This document shows positions 59,020-64,000 of a DNA stretch of 64,000 nt, one piece after another. Source of the stretch: Polyangiaceae bacterium (GTDB lineage Bacteria; Myxococcota_A; Polyangia; Polyangiales; Polyangiaceae); contig CBDCTZ010000014.1 of NCBI GenBank assembly GCA_965222375.1, positions 544,001 through 608,000 of the forward strand, read 5' to 3'. The notes beneath the pieces were generated by a model. It was given only the letters and a program-made list of their open reading frames with translations, was not told the DNA's origin and made no database searches. Position numbers and translations under genes: made by a program. Positions within the stretch are counted from its first letter, which is position 1; every line of letters starts with the position of its first letter.

Positions 59020-60393
59020 ATGTCCTCCCGAGAGCGGCTCGTCCTAGAGCGCTACTTGGCGCGCTACGCCGAGCCCGAGGCCCGCTACGCCGCACAGCTG
59101 CCCGGCACTTGGTCGCAAGTCTTGGTCGTGCCGGCGCTAGCCGAAGCACCAACGTTTCTCCAACGCTACGAGGCCGCGATCACGCGGGCCCGAGGGCGGG
59201 TGCTCGTCATCGTGGTCGTCAATGCGGCGGCCCAGGCCAGGGCTGAGCTGCATGCTGCAAACCTCGGTCTGGTGAAGGCGCTTCAGCACGCGGGTACTGT
59301 CTTGGCCGAGCCGGCAGAGGGGGTGTGCCTGGTGGAGGCGCGGGATATGGACTTGTTGGTCGTGGACCGCGGACAGGCTCCCCGCTTCCTTCCGCCGAAG
59401 CAGGGTGTGGGGCTCGCTCGCAAGATCGGTTTCGATCTTGCACTCGGGCTTTTTGCACGCGGTGCACTGGAGACGTCGATCCTGGCCGGCACGGACGCAG
59501 ACGCCACCTTGCCGGAGGACTACTTCTCTGTTCTGAACCGCTACTCGGAAGCGGGAATCATCGCAGCGCCGTACCATCATGCAGAGAGCGAGAGCCCGCG
59601 TTTACATCAGGCAACTTGCGCCTACGAGCTCTCCCTTCGGTACCATGTGCTTGGGCTCAGTTTCGCCCAGTCTCCCTATGCCTTGCATACCATTGGGAGC
59701 ACACTGTCCATTCCGGCGCTTGCCTACGCGCAGGTGCGCGGAGTGCCGAAGCGCACCGCCGGGGAGGACTTTCATCTCGTTAACAAAGCACTGAAGGTAG
59801 GGTACGGGGCGCGGCCCGCGCTGGAACCGGTAGTCCTTCAGTCCCGCTGGAGTGAGCGTGTCTTGTTCGGTACAGGTCCTGCTGTGATGCAGATCGATCG
59901 GGACTGGGAGGGGCCCGGGGCTTTTCACTTGCTGCACCCCGATGCGTTTACGCACCTCGGCATCGTCCAACGTGGCGTCCTGCGGGTTGCGCAGGATGGC
60001 CGCGTGGATTCGCTGTACGCCACCTTGAATGAATTGCCGACTTCCTCTGCCGAGATCGTGCTGCAATTCCTGACTCAGTCGAGGCTGCTGCGCGCTCTGG
60101 AGGTAGCGGCGACTGCAAGTAAGAACCCAGACGTCAGGCAGCGCCAGGTCTGCGGGAGCTTCGATGGGCTTCAGAGCCTGCGTTTGATCCATCGGCTTCG
60201 GGATGGTGGCCTGGGTCGCGTCCCGTGGCGCCAGGCCCTCGGCGAAGCCCCCTTCGCCGCGTTGGAGCCTGCAGATCTCGAGGCGGCCCGCCGGTGGTCC
60301 ATGCGGGCCGAGGCCGAGCTGCCGCGGCAAACCGGCCCCCACCTGTCTCAGAACCACCACACGCCTTCGGTTCACGATCCACCGCTCCCGTAG
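59020..60393 (+). CDS. GT-A/GT2-like fold hypothetical protein
   Basis: VLVVPALAE, GVGLARKIGFD, TDADA (DxD), GEDF. Confidence 0.7.
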   Translation: MSSRERLVLERYLARYAEPEARYAAQLPGTWSQVLVVPALAEAPTFLQRYEAAITRARGRVLVIVVVNAAAQARAELHAANLGLVKALQHAGTVLAEPAEGVCLVEARDMDLLVVDRGQAPRFLPPKQGVGLARKIGFDLALGLFARGALETSILAGTDADATLPEDYFSVLNRYSEAGIIAAPYHHAESESPRLHQATCAYELSLRYHVLGLSFAQSPYALHTIGSTLSIPALAYAQVRGVPKRTAGEDFHLVNKALKVGYGARPALEPVVLQSRWSERVLFGTGPAVMQIDRDWEGPGAFHLLHPDAFTHLGIVQRGVLRVAQDGRVDSLYATLNELPTSSAEIVLQFLTQSRLLRALEVAATASKNPDVRQRQVCGSFDGLQSLRLIHRLRDGGLGRVPWRQALGEAPFAALEPADLEAARRWSMRAEAELPRQTGPHLSQNHHTPSVHDPPLP

Positions 60394-60427
60394 AGCCCAA
60401 GTACCTAGAAACGCGACACATTATCTG

Positions 60428-60443
60428 GGGCACGGTCGTTGCA
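60428..60443 (+). promoter_or_regulatory. Putative sigma54 (-24/-12) promoter
   Basis: GGGCACGGTCGTTGCA matches TGGCACG-N4-TTGCW at all but the first position; 15 nt upstream of ATG 60459. Confidence 0.6.
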
Positions 60444-60458
60444 GCTGTGTACGCCGCT

Positions 60459-62228
60459 ATGGCTTCCTGCTCTCTCAGGCGCGTTTCGGCACTCATCGGC
60501 CTGGGTGTTTGCCTCCAGGCCAGTCCAGCCGATGCTCTGGGACGAGTGCTGTCGCCCAACACTGGGAAGGCAAATGCGGAGCACCTGGAAATCGCTCTGG
60601 CTCGGGCCCCCAGCCGGACCACGCTCTTCTTGCGGGCGACCGTTTCGGGGGCCGCGAGCCAGTTTGGCGTCGTGATGCCCGTCGCGCCGGGCTCTCGCAT
60701 GGATCCCGCGGCCGAGGGGTTCTTCGACGCTTTGGACGATTCAACGGCGCCCCGCATCGTACCACCCCCGGCCACCCTCGCGTGCGGAGCCACAAACGCA
60801 TCGTCGGTGGATGCGGCGCTTCTCTCGGACACTTCTCCGACCACGTTTCCCAAGGAAGTCGTGCATGCGGCTGATCTTGGTGAACTCGAGGGTGCAGCAC
60901 TGGCTCGCGGCCTCGCTCTCACGAGCGACGACCGGGACGCCCTGGCCGTCTCGAGCTCCGGCAAGCGCTTCATGCTGCTCACCTTCGACAAGGCTAAACC
61001 GAAAATGCGCACGGAGACCCTGCGAGTCGTCAGTTCCTCAACTTCCAGCATCCTTCCGCTTTCCGTCGCGTTTGCAGGACTCGCGACGGAGGTCCTCTTG
61101 TACGTGGTCGACGCGGAGCGTGGCCGCTTGAACGGTGACGAGATTGAGCCCGTGGATGTGATGCCCACCTGGACCGTTCTGACCGGAGCCAGTGACTACC
61201 GCAGCCGGCGCCAGCTCTTGCTCGACAGCGAGCTTCGTCACGTCGTGGAGGCGACGGGCACCAGCCCTTTGTTTCAGTGGGTTCTGTTGCCCGGTGGCTC
61301 TGGGACCATTGCGCCGGCGGTGCACACCTACTTCTCTCGTGCACACCTTGCGGGGCAGACCCCAAAGAAGGCGGATGAATGTCTGATTCCCGTCTGGGAC
61401 GCTAGGGATGCGGGCAAACAGGGTGCAACCCTGGCCCGCTACTGCGCCCCGGGCGCTCTTGCGGTGGTGCCGGGCACCGCGCCTGCCTGTGATGCGACTG
61501 CAGGCGCAGGCCAAATCGTGGCCGAGAACATCGCTTGCGGCGACGCCGACGATTTCGCGGCGGCGTTTTCGGAGCAGAACCTCTCGAGCGTACGGATCAC
61601 CCGCATGGCGACTCGGATAGATGCCAAATCTGGTACTCATACGCTGAGTCGAGCGGGGACTAAGACAGTTTCCCCGGTGACGGTTGCTGTCGCCGCGGAC
61701 ACCTCGGGCTGCTCCGTGGGCTCCGGTGGCAGCGGCGGAGGAGGCGGAGGCGGCTATCCAACGGGCACTGGAAACGCGTCCGGCGGAGGCTACGTCCCTC
61801 CGGCGCCGGAGCCCTATGAACCCGAGTACGTCGATGAGGGGAGTCATACTGACGTGGGCTTCTTCTGCGGCGGCTCCGCAGAAAGCGACAGCTCTTGCAG
61901 TGGTGATTCCTCTTCGTCTTCCAGTGACGATGGCTGTAGCGGAGACAGCTCGGACTCCGGCAGCGGCGATGGGGCTTGCAGCGGTGATACTTCTGATTCT
62001 GGCAGCGGAGACGCCTGCAGCGGCGACACTTCGAGCAGCTCGGACGGGGGAGGTTGCAGCGGTGACACGTCGGACGGTGGTGGCTGCTCCGGAGATTCCG
62101 GCGGGGGCGATTGTCGCATTAGCGGGCCGCGACGCAGACCCCGCGCCAGCATCCTGGGCATGGGGTTGTGCGCGATCGCCTTCGTTTTGCGCCGAGCCCA
62201 GCGGCGTCGCCGGCCGCGACGCCGATAG
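60459..62228 (+). CDS. DUF2330-like secreted protein with CSGD repeats and a MYXO-CTERM-like C-terminal anchor
   Basis: FGVVMPV...FFDALDDSTAPRI; six CSGD units; terminal Cys, hydrophobic helix and Arg-rich tail. Confidence 0.75.
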   Translation: MASCSLRRVSALIGLGVCLQASPADALGRVLSPNTGKANAEHLEIALARAPSRTTLFLRATVSGAASQFGVVMPVAPGSRMDPAAEGFFDALDDSTAPRIVPPPATLACGATNASSVDAALLSDTSPTTFPKEVVHAADLGELEGAALARGLALTSDDRDALAVSSSGKRFMLLTFDKAKPKMRTETLRVVSSSTSSILPLSVAFAGLATEVLLYVVDAERGRLNGDEIEPVDVMPTWTVLTGASDYRSRRQLLLDSELRHVVEATGTSPLFQWVLLPGGSGTIAPAVHTYFSRAHLAGQTPKKADECLIPVWDARDAGKQGATLARYCAPGALAVVPGTAPACDATAGAGQIVAENIACGDADDFAAAFSEQNLSSVRITRMATRIDAKSGTHTLSRAGTKTVSPVTVAVAADTSGCSVGSGGSGGGGGGGYPTGTGNASGGGYVPPAPEPYEPEYVDEGSHTDVGFFCGGSAESDSSCSGDSSSSSSDDGCSGDSSDSGSGDGACSGDTSDSGSGDACSGDTSSSSDGGGCSGDTSDGGGCSGDSGGGDCRISGPRRRPRASILGMGLCAIAFVLRRAQRRRRPRRR

Positions 62229-62332
62229 GCGGACAAAAGCGCCCCTTTGTCCCGCGCCCTAGCGCCGCTCGCCGACCTGGAATGTCCCCTTGCGGTAGCA
62301 GCACAACCTTCTACGATAGCTGTCCTTCTAAG

Positions 62333-64000
62333 ATGGCAGAGGAGCCCGCGAGCCAGACGGGGGATGCGAAATCACGCATTGGGCAAGTGATTGCGGGCAA
62401 ATTCACGCTCGAGAGCTTGCTCGGTATCGGTGGCATGGCCGCCGTATACGCCAGCCAGAACCCGAGCGGAAAGCCGGTGGCAGTCAAGATCCTCCACTCC
62501 AAGCTTTCTTCCAACGACAGCATCAAGAACCGGTTCAGTCGTGAGGCGACGCTCACGGCTGCGGTGGACCACCCGGGGCGCGTCGACGTTTTCGAAGAAG
62601 GGCTCAGCGAGGATGGTGATCCCTTCTTCGTGATGGAACGGCTCGAGGGGATCACCCTCGAACGACTCTGGAAGAACCACGATAGGAAAGTCCCACTGGA
62701 ATACGCTCTAGAGGTTGCGGACCGAGTGTTGGACTTCCTTTCGGAATGCCACAACCAGAACATCGTTCATCGGGATCTGAAACCGTCGAACATTTTCATC
62801 ACTGAGTCGGGGTTCGTCAAAGTCATCGACTTCGGCGTGGCGAAGAAGCGAGAGGCGGGCGTCGACCCGACCATGGTCGGGACCGCGTTGGGGACGCCCG
62901 CCTACATGGCACCCGAGCAGGCATTGGGTTCAGCGGAGCGGATCGACGGGCGTTCCGACATCTTCAGCGTCGGTGCGATGTTGCACGCCATGCTTTCGGG
63001 TAAGCGGTTGCACGAGGGCCGATCCCACCAAGAAGCGTTCGTCCTGGCGGCGACGCGCCCTGCACCCAGCATTGCCCGCCGGGCGCGGGAGTTGCCCGCC
63101 GATGTCGTCGCGCTCGTGGATCGGGCGCTGCAGTGGGATCCACGCAACCGTTTTCAGACAGCGACAGAGATGCGCGAAGAAATCGCGCGAGTTCTCGCGA
63201 AGGCTTCCGGGGACGCTAAACCGGCCAAGGCCCCGGCCCCCCGCGCCAAGAGCGCCTTGCTCGCCGCCATCGCTGAAGCAGGAGCCGCCGCGACCGTCGC
63301 GGCATCCGAGGAGGATGAGCAGCACGGCGCTGCTGTTGCGGGTGTGTTCAGCCGGGTCGAAAAGGCGTTGGCCACGGTGCGGCAATACGGCTGGGAGCAT
63401 CGAGTGACCCAGGGCCACATGCAGGTCGTTCACGAGACGATGCAAAGCGTTCTCAGCGCTGACCCAGATTGTTTGACGTGGCAGGTACGGCCCCATTCCT
63501 TCGTGAGGCGCGGTGTCAGTGTGTGGGAACCCCTGCATCCCTTCGACGATATTCCCTACAATTTGTTTGCGAGTGGCTTCCGAGAGTTCACGTTGACCGA
63601 AGGCATCGGCGTCGACGAAATTCGCGCGCTGATCGATCTCATGCGACGAGACCCGTTGCGGGACTTCGCTCCTGAAGACGATTTGGCCACGGCGTTCTGG
63701 GAGCGGCAGCTCGAGCACGTCCAGTATCGAGTCGTCAGTAGCTTCTTGGCTGTGACCGCCATGGACGACTACGCCCGCGGTCAGTTCGACGAGATCTTGG
63801 ACGAAGCCGCAAAGGCCGTAGCCGGAGGCAAGAAGAATCGCGGCGCCGCGAACCTAAGTGTCGAGCTGATCGGTCTTGAAGAGAAAGCGGCCATGATTGC
63901 TGCGCGACAAATGGCGCTGCGCGCCGTGCGCTCTGACGCTGCATTGGCTTTGGACGCGGGCAAGAAGCAGGCTATCACCCGAGCCCTGGATCTGCCCGAG
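62333..64000 (+). CDS. Ser/Thr protein kinase with additional cytoplasmic C-terminal domain; 3' end runs off the window
   Basis: Missing from the ORF track. Hand translation: MAEEPASQ...LGIGGMAAVY, VAVKIL, HRDLKPSN, DFG, GTPAYMAPE, then YNLFASGFREFTL...EDDLATAFWE; open to position 64000. Confidence 0.92.
   Translation, partial: MAEEPASQTGDAKSRIGQVIAGKFTLESLLGIGGMAAVYASQNPSGKPVAVKILHSKLSSNDSIKNRFSREATLTAAVDHPGRVDVFEEGLSEDGDPFFVMERLEGITLERLWKNHDRKVPLEYALEVADRVLDFLSECHNQNIVHRDLKPSNIFITESGFVKVIDFGVAKKREAGVDPTMVGTALGTPAYMAPEQALGSAERIDGRSDIFSVGAMLHAMLSGKRLHEGRSHQEAFVLAATRPAPSIARRARELPADVVALVDRALQWDPRNRFQTATEMREEIARVLAKASGDAKPAKAPAPRAKSALLAAIAEAGAAATVAASEEDEQHGAAVAGVFSRVEKALATVRQYGWEHRVTQGHMQVVHETMQSVLSADPDCLTWQVRPHSFVRRGVSVWEPLHPFDDIPYNLFASGFREFTLTEGIGVDEIRALIDLMRRDPLRDFAPEDDLATAFWERQLEHVQYRVVSSFLAVTAMDDYARGQFDEILDEAAKAVAGGKKNRGAANLSVELIGLEEKAAMIAARQMALRAVRSDAALALDAGKKQAITRALDLPE

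Noticed and set aside
1..64000. tRNA, rRNA, prophage, IS or integrase
   Set aside because: No cloverleaf, rRNA-like tract, or transposase/integrase/phage structural motif recognised by eye. A tRNAscan/Rfam run would be needed to exclude small RNAs.

Overview
GC-rich, gene-dense chromosomal segment with about 58 CDS, two of them truncated by the window edges. The gene content points to a myxobacterium, most likely Polyangiales-like (inference): three Hanks-type Ser/Thr kinases, PEGA/TPR, TSP3-OmpA, FGE-like, DUF2330/MYXO-CTERM-like and many Gly/Cys-rich lipoproteins. Recognisable housekeeping genes are murA, short-form hisG, comEA, xth, yjbQ and miaE. I saw no rRNA, tRNA, CRISPR array, transposase or integrase. 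The strongest candidates for undescribed biology are: (1) a divergent TetR-(DUF2249)x2 fusion / membrane protein / hemerythrin module with a perfect operator palindrome and a 64-bp tandem duplication; (2) a Tat-like lipoprotein with four P-x-[VP]-C-L repeats, divergent from a radical SAM plus His-rich methyltransferase pair; (3) a translationally coupled kinase-STAND ATPase / acetoacetate-decarboxylase-like / flavin oxidoreductase operon downstream of a sphingosine-1-phosphate-lyase-like gene; (4) a trypsin-like protease with an unrecognised threefold repeat, facing a SpoIVB-peptidase / beta-propeller pair; (5) a highly self-complementary intergenic region at 21.1-21.3 kb; (6) a small beta-rich protein encoded just upstream of comEA. 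All family assignments come from reading motifs by eye; no database searches were run.
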